A stretch of 64,000 nucleotides of DNA from Eledone cirrhosa (Eukaryota). Made by a program: the position numbers and the translations under genes. Positions 27,795 through 40,624 of this stretch are shown in pieces. Below the pieces are notes generated by a model. It worked only from the letters and a program-made list of their open reading frames with translations. It had not been told where the DNA came from and made no database searches. The stretch lies in the NCBI GenBank assembly GCA_964016885.1, contig OZ024742.1, forward strand, positions 316,758,001 through 316,822,000, read 5' to 3'. Position 1 is the stretch's first letter; every line of letters begins with the position of its first letter.

Positions 27795-27980
27795 GGTGGA
27801 TTGGCAGTATCAGTAGAGGGTCGGACGCCATGCTTTGACGCAAAGAGTTATGTCCCTTTACGATCTGAGTTCAAATCCCGCCGAGGTTAACTTTGCTTTT
27901 CATCCTTACGGGGTCGATAAAATAAAGTACCAGTAATGTACTGGATAATTGCTGGCCTTGTGCCAAAAGTAGAAACAATT
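27795..27980 (+). mobile_element. SINE (main family), TSD ATTATATTAGCT
   Basis: full length with TSD. Confidence 0.9.
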
Positions 27981-30328
27981 ATATTAGCTAGAGATAGAGT
28001 GTAATGTCTTCCTGTTTTATGAACAAACCACTTCATCGTTTGTCTTTTGACATGGCAGAACGGTTTCAAGGTTCAGAATCTAACCAACGTTTGTCATAAT
28101 AATCTTGTTAGTCGATGTTCTGTATATATGGAAAATAGAACATCTTCCTAAAATGAGTACTTTCTGTGACTATGGGATCTATATGCCTACCTCCCATCGT
28201 CTGTAAACTACATATGCATCTACAATTAACATTAAAAATCGATTACAGTGATCTCAACACATTTTACGGCGATATATAATTTAATAGTTCTTCGAGTTTC
28301 AAGAAATCTTTTAATTTATCGAACAATTGAATGCTCATCATCAAAATCGATGGAATATCCATCATTATTATCCTCAAAATAATTGTTCCATTGTGTAGTT
28401 TTTGTTTCCAACAAGTGAATTTGATAATTCACTTGAATCATTTCTATGACAGGAATATACTGATAGTACACTAAAGATTGTTAATCTAAAGTAGACAAGG
28501 TTATTCCTCCTAACTCAAGGGGATTTCCTATTCTTCTATTCATCGCTTTTATCATTATTATATTTCTGATAGTATTGTGAAATCTAAATGTTAATTGTTA
28601 AATAACCAATTGCCCTGATTTCCATGTATATTATAAGGATCGATACAAATCAAATATCGTTAATTTATATGATGTAATATGATTTAAGGATCGAAATCTT
28701 TCCTCCAATCTCATCGTCAGTATCTCTATACAACATTTGATCTCAATAAATTGAACTCCAATGTCCCTTACTTCATAAGTATTTTGAAGAATTTTAAACA
28801 TTAGGTTTTGCCTAGATAATTCCATTGATAAATCCAGTTCACTCAACGTTTGGGTCTTTGTAATTTCCTGAATTACTTATGTTAGTTGCTTAGTCAAGAA
28901 CCGACATTCCACACTATGTCCATCTAGTTAAGTATAGTATCCTCTTTAAACAGAGTATGCTCCGAATTTGCGTGGTGAGTGAGACGTTTCTTTTGATACT
29001 ATGAATGTGATATTATATTTAGCCATGTTTACATTAGATACGACTGTTATTAATCTTAGTTATCTGTTTGAACGTGACTCTTCCATAAATATACACATAC
29101 ACCAATAGAAATATTCAAGAAAACTTACTTTCGCACACACATTTATGAGTAACAATATATATTTGGTGTACACAACTATTATAGTAATTAGATAAAACGG
29201 TCAACACAAGCAGCGTTAGCAAAGAAAATGTTCAAAGTACATTTTTGGCTTAGTTTTTTTCCCTGACACTATGAAATTAATTTCCCTAGATTTTTCAGGC
29301 TCTACACGATTCAGCAACTAAATAATCAATAATCTTGATACATACGTTTCTTTCTTCTTTCGCTCGAACATAGAAGGTTCAGAAACAATCACCAATTTTC
29401 TATCAGCGTGGGAGGAGAGTGAAAATTGTGCCTGTTGTTCCTATGTAGGAAAAGAATGAAAGGGAAATATATAGAAGCCACTTCTTCTATACAGTGTGAC
29501 ATGATTATTTGTAGGAGACCCATACGCGCATAAGTAGACGATTGCGTTTAACGAATCGATTTTACAGGCGTTTGGCAGTTAAGTGTTAAGGAAAATATTA
29601 CTTTTTCGAAACAGTTTTTGAGAACGTGTTATTTCTAACACATTTAATTTAGCTTTATTTATTTTTTATACATTATACAGTTCCTATTTTACTTTTGCTT
29701 ATATCTTATTTTATTTTCATGTTTCATATTCGTTTTGCCTCTTAAATAATGCTCACTCCTATTATGGCCCGATGTGTTGGAAATTAAACAATATACTGCT
29801 TTACAGTAATATGAAAATCAGTAAAGAGCATTATCCTACGCCAGAAAAGAACTATCATTGTACAGGAAAGGAAATGAGATTATTTAACGACCATGTCTTT
29901 CTCTATATCATTTGGGAATGTTTAAGAACACGTTTGAAGTCAAAGCAGATCACAGTGAGCTTATTACTATGGTATAATGTTAGAAACTTTCTTAGTAAAT
30001 ATTGGTACATTTTAACTATGAACGACGATCTTATGTTTCCTTGGCGAATATCTTTCTAAAATGATACTTAACATATTTAAGATGTGTTAAGTTGGATATT
30101 CCTGAAGCTAAATTACACATTAGTCATCAAGAAATACAAAATATGAATTCGTTTGTAATACATGTGCATTTATTAAAGATAGCGTTATGTAAAAATATAT
30201 ATAAATCCAATTCACCAGATTATGGTTAAGAATAAGTATACCATAATTGTAATTTCCAGAGATTTAAAGATTAAATGATGTTCATAGAACAAGGCAAAAC
30301 GCATTTGAAATTGTCATTCATGCTCCAT

Positions 30329-31357
30329 ATTAGTTGTCAATAAGGTAATGCAATTGTATGTCCTTAGTTGTGGCAACAATATTTAAGAATAAAAACTGAG
30401 CTTATTGCATGTTCTTTTCTATGTAATACATTTAAAACATAAATTGCATTTTCGTAGAAGTTCCCATCTTTGAAGTAAATATGTAAAAACACAATATTTG
30501 GCCAAATATCTTTCTGTAGTGCAGCACAAATGGCTACAAGCATCAATGACGTTTGAAGACACGAATGTATAAATAAATACAGTGCAACTTTGAAACATAT
30601 TTCCTCGTGGTGAATTTACGTTTAAAGATAATGAAGGTCACGAATGGACTTCCGTTATTGTTGATGACGAATTGAAGGTTCTAGTGAAAGACAATCCCTA
30701 TACAGGACAGCTAGATGCAAGCATTGGAACAATTTCTGAAAATTGGAACTGAATAGGAAAGTTGAAGACACCCGAAACATAGGTGCCACAAGGAATGAGG
30801 GAAAACCAGAAAAATCGCCGCTACGAATACTGCTCTTCGCTGTTTATGCACAACGCAACCGACCAATATCTTGATTGCATTGTGGCCACAATGAAACGGA
30901 GATTCTGTACATTAACCTCCTAAGTTCAGGACAGTGGTTGCGCCTATAAAATATTATAGTCCACTCCAGCGTATATATCTAACATGGATCAATAGAGAAG
31001 ATTCAATTGTCTTCATGGCAACGTTTAAACACACATGACGTTGAATGAAATGGGCTACAAAAGTATGCTTCATCCAGCATACTCGCCATAGCTTTCATCA
31101 ATACCACTTTTTCAATACCACTTTTTCAATCATTTCAATAAATTCGGCCATGGAAAAATCTTCAACAATCAAACAACTACAAAAAATGTCTTTGAAAACT
31201 CAATTATCTCCGGAATTTTGTTTTAGCTGAATAAATAAATGATTATCTTGTTTAGATTTTAACGGATCTTACTTCGATTAATAAGATATATTATAGTCTG
31301 AGATATGTCGTTTTTATAGTTAACGTTTATAAACTTGCATTAATTTCTGAACATAAT
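30329..31357 (+). pseudogene. decayed mariner (Hsmar1/cecropia-like) transposon
   Basis: IGKLKTPET*VPQGMRENQKNRRYEYCSSL..N..DQYLDCIV (WVPHEL motif) and LNEMGYKSMLHPAYSP (YSPDL motif), YHFF; weak TIR remnants. Confidence 0.85.
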
Positions 31358-32786
31358 GGTTATATTTATAACCGCCATAATTGTTATATTTATAACCGCC
31401 ATAAAATGGAATATTTGAATGAATCGTCTTCTATATATATATAAAAAACTGGAATATAGTAATAATATAGAGACAGAAGAAAACCTATAAGTAACTTTAT
31501 CGGTACAATGCACTTTCGTTGCAACCCCTTCGCCTGCTGTAGATATCACGTCAAGAATGTTTCAACATCTAAGAGTGAATTTGACATGGCATTCAATCAA
31601 GAGTTTTTATGTATCAACAATAAAAAAGAAAAGAAACTTCAACCTTGCTTTTATTTCAGCCAAATTGAAAGTGAATTTGGTACGAATTTTCTTTCGGTCA
31701 AACCGAACGACTTCTTTCGTTCGACTGGTAAACTGAAACGAAGTTTGTTTTAGAAAGATTCGAACAAAATAGAGGATATAAAATGGAAAGGCTTAATGCT
31801 AAGATCGGATCGACAGTGTGATAAACAAAGCCAACAAAACAAAATATGTATATAGTGTCAGTAATTCTTCTGATTGCCTTTATGATTTCATGAAGTAGAA
31901 ACATTTTGGGGGAAACTGGGAAACAAAGAAATCTTACATGTGTGAAAAATGGAGAGATGGAGCGACAGAAGCGACGTAAGATAAAGATAACACAAATAAA
32001 TTTAATAAAAACACAAAGGAAGGAAAATATCTTATATGATGAGTAAATAAAATAAAATAAAATTGAGGAGTGGGTGTATAAGAGAGAGAATGGAAAAGAA
32101 ATTGATGATCTGAGAAGTGTATTGAAATATCTATTAAGATATGGCGTATATATATTTCATATAGCTATCGGATAATCTCTAATGAAAAAAAATATATTTA
32201 ACTCTTGGATTACTAACACAAATAATAACAAAGCAGCATCAAAGCCGACATTGTAAAGCGGAAAGATTCGAATACAGGAGAAATGTCAATAAATCATTTA
32301 TGACGTTTCTGTCTGTAAAATACTTTGCAAGATTGATCGAATCTTCGAAATTGATTGTAAAAATAGAGTTTACAATTAAGAAATGGATTTTTATATAAAT
32401 AAAAGAAATAGATATTTCGCAAACAGAAAGAAAATATTGTTGATATAAATATAATATATATCTATACATACTTTTTGTTTTTGTTCTGCAAGAATTTTGA
32501 TGAGGAATCGTGTGTTGAAAAGTATATTGTTAGGGTTGGCAATGGTCCAGCTGCCACAAAATTCCGTCGCACCTATTGAGTTTCGCTTTGTTTGTTAGGT
32601 AATTATTTCAGTCTTAGTTTATGACTTAGTCGAATTGTTATTTGATGGTCAACGCTCCTTCGTCACACATTCTGCATGTATAACGAGAGGTGACTATAAT
32701 TAAAAAAGGTATTCAATCAGTTAGAGTAGTATGGGCATCTTTATTTTATACAGGACTAGAAATGATTCATTCGTGAGAAATCATCA

Positions 32787-32921
<135 letters not shown>

Positions 32922-32935
32922 TGTGTGTGTGTGTT

Positions 32936-33098
32936 ATGTGGGTCTCGAGTTCAATTGGAGGTAACCACAGTAAGTAAGGTACTCAATACATTACTAGAGT
33001 GTAAACATCATGTCTAATATAGAAATGGGTTCTACATGACTACAATGATTTCCTTTTGAATAAAACAATTCTCGTCATGTAGAAGCCATTTCTATATT

Positions 33099-33103
<5 letters not shown>
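32936..33103 (+). mobile_element. 3' UTR end of the RLE LINE family seen at 51.6-52.35 kb, with a short fold-back
   Basis: GTTCAATTGG..GTAAC..CAGT.AGTAAGGTACTCAATACATTA.TAGAGTGTAAACA matches revcomp of 51620-51740; 33013-33040 is inverted at about 33074-33102. Confidence 0.75.
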
Positions 33104-33135
<32 letters not shown>

Positions 33136-33226
33136 CAAAGGAATTGTGGTAAGGAACCAGATGGACCATAATGCACCAGAGTACTCAATACTTAGGGTAG
33201 TAGAGTGGGAAATAGGAAAAAGTATG

Positions 33227-33323
33227 ACCCCGACGGCAGAGCTCAAGCCGTTTCGACGGCTATTTATGGACTAAATTAGAATTTTTAGCCTGGTGAATAA
33301 ATAGCCGAACTTGTCAGGGGGGT
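33227..33323 (-). ncRNA. hammerhead ribozyme with long stem II (C3-A8 mismatch copy)
   Basis: revcomp CCCC-CTGACAA-GTTCGGCTATTTA..TAAATAGCCGTC-GAAA-CGGC ttgagctct GCCG-TC-GGGG. Confidence 0.7.
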
Positions 33324-34304
33324 ACTTCCTTATATGGGAAGATTGTAGTTGTCAAGAGGATTGGTTAAAATTTGTTGTAAACACAAATAAGTCTATCATG
33401 GCATTTGGTGGGAGGTAGGGGTGGCTGAACTTGTCTGTAGAACAATAGGGGAGTGAGTTGGGCGGCCAAGTGTTGAAAGTGATATGTATACAGCAGAATC
33501 TAAGGCTAGTGTATGAAGTGGAGGAGGGAGGTTATAGAATAGGTAAATGAATGAGAGTAGGAGACAATAACAGATACTAGAAAAAAAGAAAAAAATATAA
33601 AATTAGATAGTGAGAAATAAAGAAAAAAAATCACAATGCTATCTTACAATTACAAGTTAATAAGTTGAGAATAGAAAAAACTTGTAGAAATTACAAAACT
33701 GATACAAAATTAAAGGGGTTTAACTCATCTGCTATAAGTAGTTAGTAAAACGTATTAGGCCAATTCTATCTTCAAATTACAGGGGTGGGAGAAATGATGC
33801 TACAGAGGCTGCATCGGGGTAGCCGAAAGGGGAAAAGCAGACGAGGGAGAAAATAGGGGGTGGAAGCAAGTGATAGGATGAGACAGGGGGGGGGGGAGAA
33901 TACAAAGAGGAATAGAAAAGAGCTACAACTACCAATGTAAGCTAGGTTTTCCCTAACTTAATCGGCAAGTGTGTGTGTGTGTGGGGGGGGGGGGGGTACC
34001 AGCCTTTGTCTACCCACCCGGATCGTTATGGGGTTTGAGGGCGAGGTAAGTCCTACGCAATCTGTGTTTGCATGCGGTTACCAGTTCGTCTTTCTTGTTT
34101 AGGAGTTGCTCCTTCGAAAATAGCATTTGTAATGTTTCGTCCTAGCATAGGTTACACGGACGGCGTCCTCCCGTGTAAGAGTTACCTCTTGACAGTAAGC
34201 TCCAAGTGAGATTGTAGGTTATATCATTACCTTGGAGGTCCCAGATGTGGCCCGAACGTGTAGTGGCATGTCGCCGGACCGGGTTTCGGAAAGTATGACG
34301 GTGT

Positions 34305-35070
34305 AAATTCAAACCCAGAAACAACAGATTCCTACAACAACTCCGTAGCAAAATAACAGAGTATGAAAACACCAACGACATCATGGTGCACTCGGACAAA
34401 ACTGGACACCTCTATTTCGTCAACCCTGACAGATACCACACACTGATCAGGAGCAGCCTAAACTCCACCTATAAAAAGGCTAACCATTCAATTATCGAGG
34501 ACATAAATCGAGATGGACAACAAATTACCTCCAGCCTCGGGGTCGCCGACTGCACTGAACCCCTAGACCCACGGACTCCCTACTTCACACTGAAGGACCA
34601 TAAATCTGACTTCGACCGCAAACCATCCATTAGGCTTATAAACCCAACGAAGTCGGACATAGGGAGAATCAGTAAAAAGATCCAAGACCGAGTTATACCA
34701 AAAGTTAAGCAAAACGTGAGACTTAGCCTATGGGTCAGCACCCAGGAAGTAATCTCACGGTTCAGGAATATTGAGGACAAACGAGACACAAAATTCATCC
34801 AGTTTGACATAGAGAGTTACTATGCATCTATTACCTTACCGCTCCTTACGGCCACCTTGAACTTTACCGAAACACTCACGCCCATCACTGACCAGGAAAG
34901 AAATATCATTCTCCACGCCAGGGAGACAGTCCGACATTTCGACAACTCCAAGTGGATAAAGAAAGCTCCCGACTCTCCTTCGATGTCAGTATGGGCGCGA
35001 CAGATTCGGCCGAGGCCACAGATCTTATAGGATTATTCCTACTATTTAAACTCACCGGAATGTTTCCTGC
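34305..35070 (+). pseudogene. PLE reverse transcriptase fragment
   Basis: SDKTGHLY, PYFTLKDHKSDF..PSIRLINPTKSDIG.ISK, FIQFDIESYYASI; frameshift near 34975 and deletion after the MG motif. Confidence 0.9.
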
Positions 35071-35073
35071 AAC

Positions 35074-35373
35074 GTGAGGACGGACACCTCCAACAAAGCT
35101 TATATAGGATTAACCGCGTGTGACTTCAAGACCCAGCTTTACCAACACCGTCATACTTTCCGAAACCCGGTCCGGCGACATGCCACTACACTTTCGGGCC
35201 ACATCTGTGGCCTCCAAGATAATGATATAACCTACAATCTCACTTGGAGCTTACTGTCCAGAGCTAACTGTTACACGGGAGGACGCCGCCCGTGTAACTT
35301 ATGCTCGGAGGAAACATTACAAATGGTGTTTTCGAAGGAGCAACTCCTAGACAAGCAAAAACAGATTGCGTAG
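35074..35373 (+). pseudogene. PLE GIY-YIG endonuclease fragment
   Basis: YIGLT..FKT..YQH..TF, TTLSGHI, CNLC.EE; the inverted copy at 34304-34040 retains LLNKKDELVTACKH. Confidence 0.85.
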
Positions 35374-36097
35374 GACTTACCTCGCCCTCAAACCCCATAA
35401 CGACACGGGTGGGTAGACAAGGGCTGATCCCCCCCCCCACATGATGAATAAGTTAGGGGAAACCCCAGCTTACATAGGTAGTTGTATCTCTTTTCTTCTC
35501 CTCTTTGTCTTCTTCTTCCCCCTGTCTCATCCTATCACTTCCTTCCACCCCCTATTTTCTTCCTCGTCTGCTTTTCCCCTTTCGCCTACCCCGATGCTGC
35601 CCATCGGGCCTCTGTAGCATCAGTTCCCCCACCCTGTAATTTTAAGATAGAATTGGCCTAATACCTTTTGCTAACTACTTATAGCAGATGAGTTAAACCC
35701 CTTTAATTTTGTATCAGTTTTGTAATTTCTACAAGTTATTTCTATTCTCAACTTATTAACCTGTAATTGTAAGATAGCATTGTGATTTTTTTTTATTCAT
35801 TTCTCACTATCTAATTTTATATTTTTTTTAAATTTCTTTCTAGGATCTTTTATTGTCTCCTACTCTCATTCCATTTACCTATTCTATAACCTCCCTCCTC
35901 CACTTCATACACTAGCCTTAGATTCTGCTGTATACATATCACTTTCAACGCTTGACCGCTCCACTCACTCCCCTATTGTTCTACAGGCAAGTTCAGCCAC
36001 CCCTACCTCCCACCAAATGCCATGATAGACTTATTTGTGTTTACAACAAATTTTAACCAATCCTCTTGACAACTACAACCTTCCTATATAAGGAAGT

Positions 36098-36194
36098 ACC
36101 CCCTTGACAAGTTGGGCTATTTATTCACCAGGCTAAAAATTCTAATTTAGTCCATAAATAGCCGTCGAAACGTCTTGAGCTCTGCCGTCGGTGT
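36098..36194 (+). ncRNA. hammerhead ribozyme, U3-A8 core variant (partly decayed stems)
   Basis: ACCCCC-TTGACAA-GTTGGGCTATTTA..TAAATAGCCGTC-GAAA-CGTC..GCCG-TC-GGTGT. Confidence 0.6.
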
Positions 36195-36204
36195 CATACT
36201 TTTT

Positions 36205-36243
<39 letters not shown>

Positions 36244-36324
36244 CAATATGATGAGGGTTGGAATATCATTGATCATAATTCTACTCAATTATGGCTACCC
36301 TTAGTCTAAATAATGGTTTATGAT

Positions 36325-36572
36325 TTAGGGACAAGGCCAGGAATTTTGTGGGTGGAGAAAGGTGATTAAATCAGTTCCAGTGTGGGACTGGTACTTTATT
36401 TTATCGACATTGTAAGGATGAAAAGCAAAGCTAACTTCGGCGGGATTTGAACTCCGAGGATCGTAACTCTATGCTGCAAAGCATGGTGTCCGCCCTAATC
36501 TTAATCTAAATAATTGTTTCTACTTTTGGCACAAGGCCAGCAATTTCCCAGTACATTACTGGTACTTTATTT
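36325..36572 (-). mobile_element. two SINE pieces (main family)
   Basis: revcomp core at 36388-36452 and tail at 36511-36572. Confidence 0.8.
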
Positions 36573-37489
36573 TAAATAATGATATATAAAACATAGGGTA
36601 GAGAAACATGCTTATAGCTTTCAAGTCAAAGCTTGTTTTATCTACATGGAGTAAGCCGATACATGTTCGCTGTGTTCATTATATTCTAGACGTTTACGTC
36701 AAAAAGTGTTGTAATCTTATCATTAATAAAATTCCGTACTCCAGCATTAACAAACATAACTGACAACGTTCTGCTTGTACTAATAAGTAATAGGACATAT
36801 TTTGCTTGGCTGATTGATTTTATGCTGTTTCATACATTTGTGGATATATGAGTAATCTTTATTATATCAGGCTTCAAGTTAACACCATTAAAGTTTTGAT
36901 ATGTCTTTCTTAGTTATTTCGATGTAGTTTTATACAGACGTACATTCACACACATGCATGCATAGATTAGTGTATGCATACATTACATACATACATTCAC
37001 GTTTAAATCTAGGAATAGATAAAAACAGACTATACAGAATTAACATTGAAGTTATCACATATAAAAGCCATTACTCGAAAATGTCGTAATTATAAGACAT
37101 GCTGATTTGCTCAAAACATTATACAATGCAATGATATATATGATAGTTCTGTAGAAAAAAAAAAATAAGAATGCACAGTGACATGGAGGGCAATAACCCT
37201 CATAATAAGAAATAGTGATGAAATATATGTGAAAAGGATTCAATAAATGTAATGATAATTTCTTGGAACAGTGTTTCATTTAAATTTTAAACCAGCATAG
37301 TAACCTGAATATGTATTGGCATTAAGTCGAAAAATATGGTTCTGGCCCCATGACTCCATGAGAAAGCAGCTGAGAAGAACTTAATGTCGGACCTTTAACA
37401 CGTCGCAAACGCGAAGCTGTTAGGGATCATCTCGGTGCTCATCAATAGTGAGACTTTTGCTAAAAACAACTCTGTGGTTACCTGTTAAA

Positions 37490-37937
37490 ACTTAGACATT
37501 TGTGCTTTCAAGGAAGCCTGCTCAGTCTTCTCTACATGTGATTGTAGTTCCACTGAAGTAGGTGGAGAAGTTCGAGTATCTCGGACACAAGTGTGGGAGG
37601 CTGAATTAAGTGCAAAGATTCCAGTAGCTGTTCCAGTAATGCGCCAGCTTCAGCATTGGGTAATCAGAAGGGAGGTAGGTGTAAAAGACAAACTCGCTAT
37701 TTCCAATTCGGTTTTAGTGTCAACCCTTATTTATGATTCACTAATCTTGGGTAATCATGGAAAGAATACGATCGTCAATAGAAGCGGCCGAAATAGTGTT
37801 CCTCCAAAGGGTCTCTGGAGTGACGTTACTCGATAGAGTGTGCATATCGGAGATCAGAGAGTCACTCCAGGGAGAGCCACTACTTCTTCGAATTGAGAGG
37901 TAACGGCTCCGATACTACGGGCATATGGTTAAAATGT
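37490..37937 (+). pseudogene. RTE/Rex3-type LINE ORF C-terminal fragment
   Basis: VEKFEYLG, KLAI..SV.V.TLIY, IEAAEIVFLQRVSGVTLLDRV..SEIRESL..EPLLLRIER.RLRYYGH. Confidence 0.85.
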
Positions 37938-37992
37938 GTGAGAAAAGAGCAACGTGAAATGAAGTGCTTTGTTCAAGAATACATGATACAAA

Positions 37993-38068
37993 GATAGGTC
38001 ACATAATAAATGATAGGCCACATAATAAATGATAGGTCACATAATAAATGATAGGTCACATAATAAAT
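37993..38068. repeat. 19-bp tandem repeat x4 (GATAGGTCACATAATAAAT)
   Basis: direct reading. Confidence 0.9.
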
Positions 38069-38253
38069 TATTCGCGTACTCGCAAATTACTATATGTGTA
38101 TGGAATGAAAATATAGTCATTCACAAACTAAAAACAGCATACTCACTCCTGTCATTTCAAATTTTTATTATGACACAGAGACACATGAAATATTTTACAA
38201 CAATATAGAAAGAGTAATATCACTTATATATATATATATATATATATATATGC

Positions 38254-38401
<148 letters not shown>

Positions 38402-38430
38402 ATATATATATGTATATATATATATATATT

Positions 38431-38672
38431 CTCACTATAAAAGCTTCACGGCACAGGCATTGCTTTATATCTGGAGATCTCTCTGCACTTGTCGTCACAT
38501 GGTACCATGGGTCCAGCACTATGTGTCAATAATTGTCACAAGTGTAGTGTTTGTACCAGAGTTTTCAAGTCGCTGGCTGGACTGAAAAAGTCACACTCGT
38601 TCAGCGCATCGGTAGGGGTTCTCCTACATGGATATAAAGTAGTGGCCGTACTCGAAAACGAGTTGGCAGCCA

Positions 38673-38674
<2 letters not shown>
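38431..38674 (+). mobile_element. 3' part of the bipartite RTE derivative, in (TA)n
   Basis: near-identical to 26067-26309. Confidence 0.85.
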
Positions 38675-38744
<70 letters not shown>

Positions 38745-38824
38745 TTATTATTTAAAATAACAGATTAAAGTTTAAGCAAAGAATCGCTGCTTTCACTGAT
38801 TTTAGTCTTCTAATTTATTATTAT

Positions 38825-38862
<38 letters not shown>

Positions 38863-38868
<6 letters not shown>

Positions 38869-39708
38869 ATACACCCGATTTTCCACACAATACATTTAGT
38901 TAGCACCCCGAACGTTTAATTAGGAATATACTCACTTATTTCCTAATGTTTGTTGAATGAGTTGGAATTTGGCCGGAGTATCGCTAAAAGCTTTCTCCGA
39001 TAATGTATTTATTTATTTACTCTTGGTGCAACAAATATGAAATTCCCGATATGAGGTTTGAACTCTCTTTGTTTATTTTTTTTATATATGAATATTGATT
39101 GTTTCTTGTATCTCATTCTGTTATTTTGCCCGAGAAAATATCTATGTGTGTCATCAAACGTTGTACACATGGATATTTTTTCAAATTCCAATTGAGTTCT
39201 AGCACGTGGCCTGAATTCCTTTTACAATTCATTGTCCTGCGCAAGTATTGTTTTTTTGGCGGTAATATACTTCCTCATTTTTTAATCAGTTTGAGTATTT
39301 CTTTAGAACTGCTGGAGTAGCAACCTAACAGATACCTCAGGCACTGATGGTGATTATCGCTAAATACTGATATTGGTTAGATTATCAATATTAGTATTAT
39401 TGGGCACCCACTGATGAATTATAAGAGCCCACTTGAATATTATCTGTTGATCCTATACACGCTCCTACATAAATTGGTATAATTTCAGCCAAATTGTAGG
39501 AATCTTATAATGAAACGAGACGTCCGTCTGGGAAGAGATATATTCGTTATGTCTCATATGAAATAATACAGCCAATTTTCCACACAATACATTTAGTTAG
39601 CACCCCGAACGTTTAATTAGCAATATATTATTTCCTAATGTGTGTTGAGTGAGTTAGAATTTGGCCGGAGTATCGCTAAAAGCTTTCTCCGATAATGCAT
39701 TTATTTAT
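38863..39708. mobile_element. unclassified element with ~150-bp direct terminal repeats in (TA)n
   Basis: 38863-39016 is repeated at 39560-39708 with one small indel. Confidence 0.65.
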
Positions 39709-39718
39709 ATATATATAT

Positions 39719-39818
<100 letters not shown>

Positions 39819-40033
39819 TATAAGTGACATATATATATGTCTTTCTATACTGTTGTAAAGTATTTCACGTGTCTCTGTGTCATAATGAAAACTTGAAATG
39901 ACAGGGGTGAGTATGCTGTTTTTAGTTTGTGAATGACTATATTTTCATTCCATACATATATAGTAATTTGCGAGTACGCGAATAATTTTATTTCCTTGAA
40001 AAGTATTTCTTTTTTAGTCACGCTTTCGGTCTT

Positions 40034-40221
40034 CGGTGGATTGGCAGTATCGGTAGAGAGTCGGACACCATGCTTTGAAGCATAGAGTTACGTCCCTTTA
40101 TGATCAGAGTTCAAATCCCGCCGAGGTTAACTTTGCCTTTCATCCTTACGGGGTCGATAAAATAAAGTACCAGTAATGTACTGGGTGATTGCTGGCCTTG
40201 TACCTAAAATAGAATCAATTA
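40034..40221 (+). mobile_element. SINE (main family)
   Basis: full length. Confidence 0.9.
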
Positions 40222-40369
40222 TTAGTTGTAAGGTGATAAAACGGACTGGGAAATTAATTTATTCAACGTACATATAATGTAATGGATTTGAATTTATTAT
40301 ATTGAATTCTTCAGTTGTGAAATTATTAATAAATGATATATATATATAAATACATATATATATATATAT

Positions 40370-40403
<34 letters not shown>

Positions 40404-40435
40404 TATTGACAATCTCATATCTGAAGATTTTGATA

Positions 40436-40624
40436 TAATTGTTTCTACGTTAGGCACAGGGCCAGCAATTACCCAGTGCATTACTGGTACTTTATTTTAT
40501 CGACCCCGTAAGGATGAAAGGCAAAGTCAACCTCGGCGGGATTTGAACTCAGATCGTAAAGGGACGTAACTATGCTGGAAAGCATGGCGTCCGACCCTCT
40601 ACCGATACTGCCAATCCACCGCCC
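40436..40624 (-). mobile_element. SINE (main family), TSD AGATTTTGATATA
   Basis: full length with TSD. Confidence 0.9.

Larger units (their letters stand above)
33134..36210 (+). mobile_element. Penelope-like element, internally deleted, with ~1.1-kb inverted arms (33212-34304 / 35145-36209), inserted in (TA)n
   Basis: RT and GIY-YIG coding fragments, HHRs in both arms, TA tracts on both sides. Confidence 0.9.

Noticed and set aside
37993-38068. CRISPR-like array
   Set aside because: Contiguous 19-mer tandem repeat with no spacers, in eukaryotic DNA
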